NCBI GenBank assembly: GCA_002269645.1
Contig: NIVC01000677.1
Coordinates: 62,001 to 126,000 of the forward strand
DNA from: Macrostomum lignano
Lineage: Eukaryota
Length of the DNA stretch: 64,000 nucleotides
Direction of reading: 5' to 3'
The translations under genes were made by a program, and so were the position numbers. The notes below the pieces were generated by a model. The model did no database searches. It saw only the letters and a list, made by a program, of their open reading frames with translations, and was not told the origin of the DNA. The stretch's first letter is position 1; every line of letters begins with the position of its first letter. Shown here one piece after another: positions 1-11,605 of this stretch.

Positions 1-2245
1 ACCCGTGTCACTAGACACACAGAATTCACCAGTGTCACTAGATACACAGAATTCACCCGTGTCACTAGACACACACAATTCACCAGTGTCACTAGACACA
101 GAATTCACCCGTGTCACTAGATAAAAATAATTCACCAGTGTCACTAGACACACAGAATTCACCAGTGTCACTAGCCACACACAATTCACCAGTGTCACTA
201 GACACACAGAATTCACCAGTGTCACTAGATACACAGAATTCACCAGTGTCACTAGACACACACAATTCACCAGTGTCACTAGACACACAGAATTCACCAG
301 TGTCACTAGATACACAGAATTCACCAGTGTCACTAGATAAAAATAATTCACCAGTGTCACTAGACACACAGAATTCACCAGTGTCACTAGCCACACACAA
401 TTCACCAGTGTCACTAGACACACAGAATTCACCAGTGTCACTAGATACACAGAATTCACCAGTGTCACTAGACACACACAATTCACCAGTGTCACTAGAC
501 ACACAGAATTCACCAGTGTCACTAGATACACAGAATTCACCAGTGTCACCAGATACACAGAATTCACCCGTGTCACTAGACACACAGAATTCACCAGTGT
601 CACTAGATACACAGAATTCACCCGTGTCACTAGACACACACAATTCACCAGTGTCACTAGACACAGAATTCACCCGTGTCACTAGATAAAAATAATTCAC
701 CAGTGTCACTAGACACACAGAATTCACCAGTGTCACTAGCCACACACAATTCACCAGTGTCACTAGACACACAGAATTCACCAGTGTCACTAGATACACA
801 GAATTCACCAGTGTCACTAGATACACAGAATTCACCAGTGTCACTAGACACACACAATTCACCAGTGTCACTAGACACACAGAATTCACCAGTGTCACTA
901 GATACACAGAATTCACCAGTGTCACTAGATACACACAATTCACCAGTGTCACTAGACACACACAATTCACCAGTGTCACTAGATACACAGAATTCACCAG
1001 TGTCACTAGATACACAGAATTCACCAGTGTCACTAGACACACAGAATTCACCAGTGTCACTAGATACACAGAATTCACCCGTGTCACTAGACACACACAA
1101 TTCACCAGTGTCACTAGACACAGAATTCACCCGTGTCACTAGATAAAAATAATTCACCAGTGTCACTAGACACACAGAATTCACCAGTGTCACTAGCCAC
1201 ACACAATTCACCAGTGTCACTAGACACACAGAATTCACCAGTGTCACTAGATACACAGAATTCACCAGTGTCACTAGATACACAGAATTCACCAGTGTCA
1301 CTAGATACACAGAATTCACCAGTGTCACTAGATACACACAATTCACCAGTGTCACTAGACACACACAATTCAACAGTGTCACTAGATACACAGAATTCAC
1401 CAGTGTCACTAGATACACAGAATTCACCAGTGTCACTAGACACACAGAATTCACCAGTGTCACTAGATACACAGAATTCACCAGTGTCACTAGATACACA
1501 GAATTCACCAGTGTCACTAGATACACAGAATTCACCAGTGTTACTAGATACACAGAATTCACCAGTGTCACTAGATACACAGAATTCACCAGTGTTACTA
1601 GCCACACACAATTCACCAGTGTCACTAGACACACAGAATTCACCAGTGTCACTAGATACACAGAATTCACCAGTGTCACTAGATACACAGAATTCACCAG
1701 TGTTACTAGACACACACAATTCACCAGTGTCACTAGATACACAGAATTCACCAGTGTCACTAGATACACAGAATTCACCAGTGTCACTAGATACACAGAA
1801 TTCACCAGTGTCACTAGATACACAGAATTCACCAGTGTCACTAGATACACACAATTCACCAGTGTCACTAGACACACACAATTCACCAGTGTCACTAGAT
1901 ACACAGAATTCACCAGTGTCACTAGATACACAGAATTCACCAGTGTCACTAGACACACAGAATTCACCAGTGTCACTAGATACACAGAATTCACCAGTGT
2001 CACTAGATACACAGAATTCACCAGTGTCACTAGATACACAGAATTCACCAGTGTTACTAGACACACAGAATTCACCAGTGTCACTAGATACACAGAATTC
2101 ACCAGTGTCACTAGACACACAGAATTCACCAGTGTCACTAGATACACAGAATTCACCAGTGTCACTAGACACACAGAATTCACCAGTGTCACTAGATACA
2201 CAGAATTCACCAGTGTCACTAGACACACACAATTCACCAGTGTCA
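1..2245. repeat. Intronic 27-bp minisatellite (TCACTAGACACACAGAATTCACCAGTG), about 83 units visible, open at left edge
   Basis: Direct reading; 9-aa periodic pseudo-ORFs (SLDTQNSPV); variant marker blocks recur near 100, 665 and 1120. Confidence 0.97.
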
Positions 2246-2250
2246 CTTAC

Positions 2251-2402
2251 CACCAGAACCTGAGGCCCTTGTATAGATCCAGCAGAGCGAAAGCCCCGGC
2301 ACCGTAGTTAAGCGTTGTCAGGCTCGCTAAGCCGGTAACCACATCGTAGGCCAGCTTAGCCGTCTCAGAACCCTGGAAGTGCGGCCTGAGATGCCGCCGG
2401 GC
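2251..2402 (-). CDS. MBOAT1/2: MBOAT coding exon 10 (ARRHLRPHF...KGLRFW)
   Basis: Acceptor TTCCAG|GCC, donor TG|GTAAGT; next exon lies left of the window. Confidence 0.9.
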
Positions 2403-5400
2403 CTGGAAATGTGCAGAAGAGAAAAAATTGAGCTGAAGAATGGATTCGATCGCTACTAAGATCTTTAAACTTTTGAGGATTTGGGAGGCCCAGCAACTGA
2501 GGATCTGGGAGGCTGGCCCAGCAACTGAGGATCTGGGAGGCTGGCCCAGCAACTGAGGATCTGGGAGGCTGGCCCAGCAACTGAGGATCCGAGAGGACCA
2601 TTGCACAACATCACACCAAAGACCCCACTGACCAGCCGAGCCACAGTGGTGAAGAAGGCCACAGAGATGAACAGCAGGTAATAGCCTGGATAGAAGCCGT
2701 GCCAGGTGGCGGAGGCGATGAACACGGCCAAGGTGGCGTGCTTGCTCGGCACTCTCTCGTAGACGCATTCGCGAAGCCAGTGCACTGTGCTGATGTTCCA
2801 GTTGTCTATGGCCATCTTCATGGAGGTGGACAGCTGCGGGTGGTGACCAGATCCGCTATTTACTAAAGTAAGGTGTTACAAAGACATTAATTAGCAAAAT
2901 AATTTTAACTTTCAAAGCGCACCTCAACTCCGTTAAAGTCGAAATTCTGCACAGTCTTGTACTCGGCCTTGCCCGTGTCCTTGTTGATGCCGGTGAAGCC
3001 GCAGCCAGAGGACAGATAGGACAGCTCGCCTGTAAGGTTGGTTGTGAAACTGCTTGCTAGTGAAATAGGTGGCCCTCTTTGAACATGTGATTTTCTGTGG
3101 TGATTTCCTTGTGATGATTTCTGTGGTGATTTCCTTGTGATGATTTCTGTGGTGATTTCCTTGTGATGATTTCCTTTTGATAAGTTCTTTGTGATGATTT
3201 CTGTGGTGACTTCCTTGTGATGATTTCTGTGGTGATTTCCTTTTGATGATTTCTGTGGTAATTTCCTTGTGATGATTTCTGTGGTGATTTCCTTGTGATG
3301 ATTTCTGTGGTGATTTCCTTGTGATGATTTCTGTGGTAATTTTCTTGTGATGATTTCTGTGGTGATTTCCTTTTGATGATTTCTGTGGTAATTTCCTTGT
3401 GATGATTTCCTTGTGATGATTTCTGTGGTGATTTCCTTGTGATGATTTCTGTAGTGATTTCTTGTGATGATTTCTGTGGTGACTTCCTTGTGATGATTTC
3501 TGTGGTGATTTCCTTGTGATGATTTCTCTGGTAATTTCCTTGTGATGATTTCTGTGGTGATTTCCTTGTGATGATTTCTGTGGTGATTTCCTTTTGGTGA
3601 TTTCTGTGGTAATTTCCTTGTGATGATTTCCTTGTGGTGATTTCTGTGGTGATTTCCTTTTGGTGATTTCTGTGGTAATTTCCTTGTGATGATTTCCTTG
3701 TGGTGATTTCTGTGGTGATTTCTGTGGTGATTTCCTTGTGATGATTTCTGTGGTGATTTCCTTTTGATGATTTCTGTGGTAATTTCCTTGTGATGATTTT
3801 CTTGTGATGATTTCTGTGGTGATTTCCTTGTGATGATTTCTGTAGTGATTTCTTGTGATGATTTCTGTGGTGACTTCCTTGTGATGATTTCTGTGGTGAT
3901 TTCCTTGTGATAATTTCTGTGGTGATTTCCTTTTGATGATTTCTGTGGTAATTTCCTTGTGATGATTTTCTTGTGATGATTTCTGTGGTGATTTCCTTGT
4001 GATGATTTCTGTGGTAATTTCCTTTTGATGATTTCTGTGGTGATTTCCTTGTGATGATTTCTGTAGTGATTTCCTTGTGACGATTTTTGGTCATTTCCTT
4101 GTGATGATTTCTGTGGTGATTTCCTTTTGATGATTTCTGTGGTGATTTCCTTGTGATGATTTCTGTGGTGATTTCCTTGTGATGATTTCTGTGGTAATTT
4201 CCTTGTGATGATTTCCTTGTGATGATTTCTGTAGTGATTTCCTTGTGACGATTTTTGGTCATTTCCTTGTGATGATTTCTGTGGTGATTTCCTTGTGATG
4301 ATTTCTGTGGTAATTTCCTTGTGATGATTTCCTTGTGATGATTTCTGTAGTGATTTCCTTGTGACGATTTTTGGTCATTTCCTTGTGATGATTTCTTTTT
4401 GATGATTTTCTTGTGATGATTTCCTTGTGATGATTTCCTTGTGGTGATTTCTTTTTGATGATTTCCTTGTGCTGATTTCCTTGTGATGATTTCCTTTTGA
4501 TGATTTCTGTGGTAATTTCCTTGTGATGATTTCCTTGTGATGATTTCTGTAGTGATTTCCTTGTGACGATTTTTGGTGAGTTCCTTGTGATGATTTTTGT
4601 GGTGATTTCCTTGAGATTATTTTCTTGATGACTTTTCTGTGGTGATTTTTCTGTGATAATTTTATTTTGGTGATTTCCTTTGGGGATTATCCTGCGACGA
4701 TTTCTGGCTCGGAGTAATGCAGATTTTTTGTTTTGTTTTAATTTCTATTTTGACCATCAACAATTGATTGCCATGAAGATAAACTCAGCTCACCCAGACT
4801 CCAGGCAAAGTAGTAGCGCTGACGAATGACAAAGCAGGCCAAAGTCATGTAGAACCACTTGCTAATCAGTGAATAGGACTGGAATCCGTCCTCTGTAAAA
4901 TTAATGTAATAAAAATTCATAAATAGCAATCAGTCAGTTAATATAAGGGGCCGGGCTGTGAGCGCTGCCGCAAATCAATGCGACTGTCGAACAGTAGCCA
5001 GCGAGCAGACGAGCACGCAATACGTACTGGTACGCAGACACACGCTCACACAAGGTGTTCAGCGGCCGCGAGTTCCTCATTGCCAGGTAGTGTTGCACAC
5101 TGTGACTTTGGGTATCCCCAACCTTCACCATCCCCCCTTCACAATCCCCACCCTTCACAATCCTCACCCTTCACAATCCCCAACCTTCACAATCCCCAAC
5201 CTTCACAATCCCCAACCTTCACAATCCCCAACCTTCACAATCCCCAACCTTCACAATCCCTAACCTTCACAATCCCCACCCTTCACAATCCCCAACCTTC
5301 ACAATCCCCACCCTTCACAATCCCCAACCTTCACAATCCTCATCCTTCACAATCACAACCTTCACAATCCCCAACCTTCACAATCCCCAACCTTCACAAT

Positions 5401-8400
5401 CCCAACCCTTCACAATCCCAACCTTCACCATCCCCAACCTTCACAATCCCCATCCTTTACAATCCCCAAACTTCACCATCCGTAACTTCACCATCCCTAA
5501 GTAGAATAGCTAGGACAGTGCAAGTTTTATTACCGGCTAAAAAGTTCAACGGAAACACGGTCTGCATAGTGAGGGTGACGAGTGCAAAGAATAGTGTCCA
5601 CTTGGCTACCACTAGTATGCGAGAGGTGCCGCGAAGGTAGTGCTCGCGCTGCTCCTTCTGCAAATTGAAAGGCAAAAGTACATATATACTTAGCTGGCTG
5701 TAAATAGTTGCTATGGAGGTAATAGCTGATTTGGTAGTTATGCTATATTTACCACGGGTCAATTAAGATTCTAAGATGGTGATGCAGTTGTCTTGAGCAA
5801 TACAGTGGCTAATAAAATTTATAGTGACAGTTGCTGTGGAGTGATATAGTTGTTATGAGGATGCCATTGCCATGATGTGATATGTTTTTTTTGAGATAAT
5901 GCCGTTTGCAATGAGGATAATTTCGTTGCTAGGATGATGCCGTTGCTATGATGATGATACCGTTGCTATGAGGATGATGCCGTTGCTATGAGGATGATGC
6001 CGTTGCTATGAGGATGATACCGTTGCTATGAGGATGATACCGTTGCTATGAGGATGATACCGTTGCTAGGATGATGCCGTTGCTAGGATGATGCCGTTGC
6101 TAGGATGATGTCGTTGCTATGAGGATGATGTCGTTGCTATGAGGATGATGTCGTTGCTATGAGGATGATGTCGTTGCTATGAGGATGATGTCGTTGCTAT
6201 GAGGATGATGTCGTTGCTATGAGGACGATGTCGTTGCTATGAGAATGATTTTGTTGCTAATCATTTTGTTGCTAATGCTACTGCTGGTATCACACGTGTT
6301 CCAACTGGTCCAAGTCGGATAGCCTACCGTCAAATCCGATGGCATCGGTATGGTACCGTCCATGTAGTTCCTGAAGTCGACGTAGAACACAAACGGGCCA
6401 ACTAATATGCCTTGAAAGTGCACCAGATAGGTGTAGTACTGCAGCAGGCTTGGGAAGTCCCTGATCGCGAGTCCATGACGCAAAGGGGGGGGGGCAATAT
6501 GAGCACAACAGAAATTAGTAGCGGCATGAATAATAATAAGTTTATTCGCACCTGACAAAGTGCTGCATCTGCCTTTCGGTCAAATTCGGCTTAACTTTCT
6601 CGCTGCTCTTATCCGACTCCTGCTGCTCGGTTTGATCGTCCGTTTTCTTTTTTCGATCAGCCTCTTCCATTGCCTTCACCACGATGCCGTCGTGAATATT
6701 GAAAGCCAGGGTTGACAGTCGCTGGGTGGAGATCATCAGCGGCCTGGGGTTTCGGGTTGGTCGGCTTGCGATGCCATTTTGTCTGGGAGACTTTTCCGGG
6801 GTGGTTGTGTCAGAGAGGGGCGACTTTTCCGGGGTGGTTGTGTTAGAGAGGGGCGACTTTTCCGGGGTGGTTGTGTCAGAGAGGGGCGACTTTTCCGGGG
6901 TGGTTGTGTCAGAGAGGGGCGACTTTTCCGGGGTGGTTGTGTCAGAGGGGCGAATTTTCCGGGGCGATTGTGTCAGAGGGGCGATTTTCCGGAGTGTGTC
7001 AGGGTTGTCAGACAGTGGTTGTGTCAGGGTTGTCAGACAGTGGTTGTGTCAGGGTTGTCAGACAGTGGTTGTGTCAGGGTTGTCAAACAGTGGTTGTGTC
7101 AGGGTTGTCAAACAGTGGTTGTGTCAGGGTTGTCAGACAGTGGTTGTGTCAGGGTTGTCAGAGAGTGGTTGTGTCAGGGTTGTCAGACAGTGGTTGTGTC
7201 AGGGTTGTCAGAGAGTGGTTGTGTCAGGGTTGTCAGTGTGGTTGTGTCAGATGGCTGGCTCATGTTGCCTGGACAACTTTTACAGGGTGATTGTGTCTAA
7301 GAGATCCCGCCAGACCTTTGCTTTACTTCCAATAATTTAATAAACTTGACTATAAAAGTACAAAACACACTTAATACCGATCGCAGTAAGTTATTGTACC
7401 AACCCAGTAATATCGAGAGTGTAGCCGCCATAGTCGTAGAACTGGCGCATGAGGTGGCAAGCGGACAGGTAGGCAATGGCAAATATGCAGGCGGCAAACC
7501 TGGCATAGCGCCTATCAGCATAGAGCATGATTAGCAGGCAGACTGTGCCCTGGAACAGCACATGCAGTATTTGACTAAAAAACGAATGGCAAATTGAGCG
7601 AGGCTCGTTTCAGGATGCAGTGATTGAATTATTGATAAATATTGGTTCCAACTCACTGTCCAAAGCAGAACAGACAGAGCAGGCAGCCAACTACAAAAGA
7701 CACGGCATATCTGGCCATATTGGAGCTGCCTGGCTCTGCAACAAAGTACTTTTGAAATGGCCTGCCAAGTGCGATGGCTACTAGCTGGCAGACAATGAAG
7801 TTCAACTAAAATATTAATTAGATTAGCAATGTCTTATGGCATTCACAAAAATTAATATCTGAATGCAATAATACCAAAGAATAATTTTACAAGCTACAAG
7901 TATCTAAGGTATAAAATTGCATTTACAAGCAATTTAGACACTATTTAATATGATCAACTGTCCTTTCATAATGTTTCTATCTTGTAGATGAACATTTGAA
8001 AATTTGAAAAAATAAAATCAAGATTTAATTTTTATGCTATATAACTTGCTTATTAAATAGAATTTTTTAATTTTTAAAAGCTTAAATATGTAACATTATA
8101 GGGTGCAATTATAATTATTAGAAAAACTTGAAAATGCCTAATAGTGTTAATATAGTGACTGACTAAGCTTTGACATAGTAGAAAAAGAACATGTGAATAT
8201 TCTTTTGTGCTCTATTAATAGTTTTTGACAAATATTTGAATTTATCAAATAAATCTAAATAGTATTAAAATAATATGTTAAGTCAAAAACCTAAAATATA
8301 GTTTACTCAAAAAATCTTTCTCCCCAATATAAGGCATAGATTGCTAGTAGATAATGCATAAAAGTCCAATTATGAGCAATCCAACAAACTTATTAAATGG

Positions 8401-10801
8401 TCTCATGACTTTAAACTAAAAATTACAAAGCAATAGCTAGCTCTGTAGCATGCTTTCATTATTATTTTTTGTTATTCTTATTATTATTATTGCATACACA
8501 TGTGGTAGGGGGGATTCTTCCTTCTTAATAATATCTCACCGCTGCCACCAAAAGCTGTCCCAGGGCTCTTAATTATTCTCTTTCTAGTCTTACTTGCTGC
8601 CACCAAGTTGTCAAAGTGGTGTTCCTGTACGATACAAAATCCCACCAATTAGCCACCAAGCTGTTACAGGGCTAATTTACTAATCTCTTAAGTGTTCTTC
8701 TTAGGTTGGTAGCTGCCAATTATGAGTTTATCAATATTAGAATAATCTGAGAAATGTTTCTTAGAATAGGTCTGAGTATTTAGTCTGAGTATTTAGTCTG
8801 AGTATTGAGTCTGAGTATTATTCTTAGAAAAACTGTTAGCCCTGAAAGATTTTACTCTTCTGATTATTCTGGTAGCGTTCTATTATTCTGGTAGCGTTCT
8901 ATTTAATAATGGCCTGAGCAGTATTTTGGCTTACTGGTATATGTATTTCATGTACTTTGCAAGTCCTTGGGCATTACCGAGATCAGAGGGTCACAGCCTC
9001 CGTTATTCTTACACGTATTACTTCAGATCTACTTCACAACTTCTTACTACTCAACACTTTCCTTCTCAGTAGTATATATGGTCCACACTTCCGTCTACTT
9101 CACTCTTACTTCTTAAAAGGAATTAACACAGAAAACACTTCTTTAATTCTTATTTTCTCGGAACTCTTACTATTTGTTATAACTATATTATTAGTAAACC
9201 GCGATGCGCGAGGTTGGTCTCTTCTCTGCCAAAAATGCTTCTATTTATACTAAAATTTGCTACAGTTTTAAACAAAAAATCCTTAGTGCAAAATATTATA
9301 GAAAATATGAGTATTAAAACAAAATATGTTTCTTAGTTTTGGCGTGAATTCAAATTGACTAAATGGTGACTATTTTATAAAGAAATTGGGAGGGGCCCTG
9401 CACACACATCACTTTCTATACCCACATAGCACTTTAGGCAAGTTCTATTCTTTTAAGGTATCCTTGGTCTTAATAGTCCTCATTATTTTATTGGCTAATA
9501 TATGGTCTACTTTATGTGTATACTTTAATTCTATATTGGAAATTTCTATGGATATTTTGGTTGATTAATACTATTTGGAGTTGTAGTAAGTAGTTTTGCT
9601 CTGCAGTTTTGCTATGCTCTACTACAAGGCAGCAAAACAAATGACACTCTAAATTATGTAGTATACACCTAAAAATTTATAGGGCCTATGCCCAAAAATT
9701 ATTGCAATATCTTTGAATGTCAAAAATAAATGTGCATACTTGGCATGCATCAATCCTAAGAAAATAGTAGATGTGCATACCTTATATGCACCTTGTAGAA
9801 CCACATAGAAAAGTTAATACTAAATAAAAAACAATTTAAAAAGTTTAATTTAAGCATAAATTTCAAGCTTTTTGGGTCTTGAAAGATTATATTAAAGTAT
9901 TTGAACAAATCTTTCTGTGTATCATTTTTGCTATAAATAATATAAGCAAAAAAAGCCTAAAATTAACCAAATTATTAGCCAGAAAAGTTTTTTATACTAC
10001 TAAAAAGATTATTTATTGTTATAATATAAAAAGGTCATTCATTATTGCAATATTAATATCAATTTAAGAGTGTGAGCAGGCAATCAATTTTTTGGCATGT
10101 ATTTATAATTATTCAATTTTTTAGGTAGCCTATGTACCTAGCATGATCCAGACTATGGGCTAAAATTAGGATGCATATTTTCACTTTTAAATATACATAC
10201 GCAACAATTGGCCAAGTTAGCCAATCTGGCTGACCAATTTAGTGGCCAACCAAGGAAGTTGCAAAAATTCCCACCAAAAAACCCAAGTAGTACTAAGTAG
10301 CTAATAAGCTAATGAGGCATTTTAACTTAATGAGACAGTCATAGTTATTCCTGCCGTTTACCCAAAGTTGCGTTAATTTTGCTTTAGGGTTTTTTATTTA
10401 TATGTAAGTTGCATTTTTGGCCAAAAACTAAGTCGCATGGCTGACCAAATTTTGAAGGTTGTGCATGTATGCTTTTAAAAGAAATTTAAATCCCTAGAAT
10501 TAAGGACTAAAATAGGGTTAGGATGATAAAGGCTAAATTTAAGATGAATGTTTTCACTTTTAATGTGAGGCAAGCTTTCAAATCCCTAGAATCAGGGACT
10601 CAAGCAATAAAGACAAGAATGTTTAATACTATACTAGTATCTACAACTAGTAAATATTTATAGGGCCTATTAAGTATTATCAATTTATGCAAAAACAATT
10701 AAAAACATCTTTTTGAAATTTAAACTTACCTTGTCTACAGTCAATCCAGTATACAGTACAAATGGTGACAACAAATAACTACCTGAATAGAAATCAGACA
10801 T
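2251..10801 (-). CDS. MBOAT1/2: Membrane-bound O-acyltransferase (lysophospholipid acyltransferase, MBOAT1/2 or Drosophila oysgedart type); 10 coding exons, 3' end outside window
   Basis: Hand-spliced exons 10801-10730, 7805-7657, 7574-7404, 6743-6552, 6460-6328, 5657-5534, 4892-4794, 3029-2923, 2833-2633, 2402-2251: all introns GT..AG with matching phases, 1400 nt, 466 codons open. Family motifs [38 protein letters not shown] (catalytic Asn region), WHGFYPGYY (catalytic His). MBOAT1 vs MBOAT2 cannot be separated. Confidence 0.93.
2484..2590. repeat. Intronic 28-bp tandem repeat (GGGAGGCTGGCCCAGCAACTGAGGATCT), ~3.7 units
   Basis: Direct reading. Confidence 0.92.
2633..2833 (-). CDS. MBOAT1/2: MBOAT coding exon 9 ([13 protein letters not shown]...WHGFYPGYY...VARL), catalytic exon
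   Basis: Acceptor CCGCAG|CTG, donor CTG|GTCAGT; 67 codons. Confidence 0.94.
2923..3029 (-). CDS. MBOAT1/2: MBOAT coding exon 8 ([13 protein letters not shown]...NFDFNGVE)
   Basis: Acceptor TTACAG|GC, donor GAG|GTGCGC; not in the ORF track, translated by hand. Confidence 0.9.
3088..4690. repeat. Intronic 12/14-bp (26-bp dimer) minisatellite GATTTCCTTGTGAT/GATTTCTGTGGT
   Basis: Direct reading; generates pseudo-ORF 3057..4262. Confidence 0.95.
4794..4892 (-). CDS. MBOAT1/2: MBOAT coding exon 7 (DGFQSY...RYYFAWSL)
   Basis: Acceptor TTTTACAG|AG, donor G|GTGAGC; inside ORF 4738..4929. Confidence 0.92.
5114..5495. repeat. Intronic 16-bp minisatellite (CACAATCCCCAACCTT)
   Basis: Direct reading. 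Confidence 0.95.
5534..5657 (-). CDS. MBOAT1/2: MBOAT coding exon 6 (KEQREHYL...PLNFLA)
   Basis: Acceptor TTGCAG|AAG, donor G|GTAATA; inside ORF 5457..5762. Confidence 0.88.
5925..6270. repeat. Intronic ~20-bp minisatellite (GATGATGYCGTTGCTATGAG)
   Basis: Direct reading; shorter variant units present. Confidence 0.93.
6328..6460 (-). CDS. MBOAT1/2: MBOAT coding exon 5 (DFPSLLQYY...GILVGPF)
   Basis: Acceptor ATCAG|G, donor ACG|GTAGGC; inside ORF 6217..6558. Confidence 0.9.
6552..6743 (-). CDS. MBOAT1/2: MBOAT coding exon 4 ([19 protein letters not shown]...)
   Basis: Acceptor CCCCAG|G, donor AG|GTGCGA; overlaps ORF 6542..6736. Confidence 0.92.
6788..7250. repeat. Intronic compound array: 33-bp unit (CTTTTCCGGGGTGGTTGTGTCAGAGAGGGGCGA) then 25-bp unit (GTGTCAGGGTTGTCAGACAGTGGTT)
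   Basis: Direct reading; 11-aa and 25-aa periodicity in the pseudo-ORFs; both units share GTGGTTGTGTCAG. Confidence 0.93.
7404..7574 (-). CDS. MBOAT1/2: MBOAT coding exon 3 (QILHVLFQ...YTLDIT)
   Basis: Acceptor TTTTAG|T, donor GG|GTTGGT; 82-bp upstream intron. Confidence 0.92.
7657..7805 (-). CDS. MBOAT1/2: MBOAT coding exon 2 (LNFIVCQ...LFCFG)
   Basis: Acceptor TTTTAG|TTG, donor CA|GTGAGT. Confidence 0.92.
10730..10801 (-). CDS. MBOAT1/2: MBOAT coding exon 1 ([24 protein letters not shown])
   Basis: ATG at 10801, 24 codons, donor AAG|GTAAGT phase 0; resembles the GS...GLxxD N-terminus of the family. Confidence 0.8.
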
Positions 10802-11605
10802 ACTAAGAAGTAAGAACTTTGAAAATGATAAAAATGGTATTATTATAAAAGTAACACAGAAAAACTGGACAGATAAGAATAATTCAAATAGATTCTAATA
10901 GAAGAACTGCAAGATTTTCTGCTTGTTCTTAGGCTTCAAGAATTAAAATTTTTATCCTAGACTACCTATATAGTATCTACTTTTAAAGGTAATGTTCGAA
11001 TTAGGCCTAGAAATAAATTTCTATTTCTAAGGCCTATCTAGAATTTCTAAATTTCTGAAGGGTTTGCAAAAAATCTTAATATTTTGTCGATTAACAAGGA
11101 TTAAACTTTATTTGAGACCTAGAGAACAGAATTGCTATTGCTTTCATGCATGCATCACCATTCGCGCTTGAACTTTTAAACCATGTCAGATATCAAAATG
11201 CGCAAAGGTACGAGTACATAAATTCAATCGGGATCGTTATTTCTAAAATTAAAAGAGAAAAACCGTATGCAACCCATTCTTATTTTAATTTTAAATATTT
11301 TATACCTTTTTGCAAAATTTCTGACAGAAGCCTTCTACAGAACTGAATAATAAGTACAAAATTTGTTTATGTACAGTGGCTGGTAAGCTTGATAATTTGC
11401 GAATCCAAAGCCTGCGGCGCGCAGTAAGCGTACTTAACGCTGAAATTTCCTCGGATAAGATGCCACAGCCTGTCAAATAATTTATAATAAAAATAATTCT
11501 AATACGAGTGTATAGAAGCATTTTCTATTAAGCATCTGAGTATTTCAACAGTCTTAATTACATGTGTATACTACATGAACATTAAGTCATTTACTGCTCC
11601 TTGTA

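Noticed and set aside
92-2263. Long ORFs of 156-529 aa on both strands
   Set aside because: Stop-free frames of the 27-bp intronic array; pure 9-aa periodicity, located in an MBOAT intron.
2465-2821. ORF as a stand-alone 118-aa protein
   Set aside because: It is MBOAT exon 9 reading on into the intron and the 28-bp repeat.
2834-2860. Alternative acceptor AAATAG 22 nt upstream of exon 9
   Set aside because: Would shift the frame before the catalytic residues.
3057-4262. 401-aa His/Lys/Ser-rich ORF
   Set aside because: Translation of the 12/14-bp intronic array.
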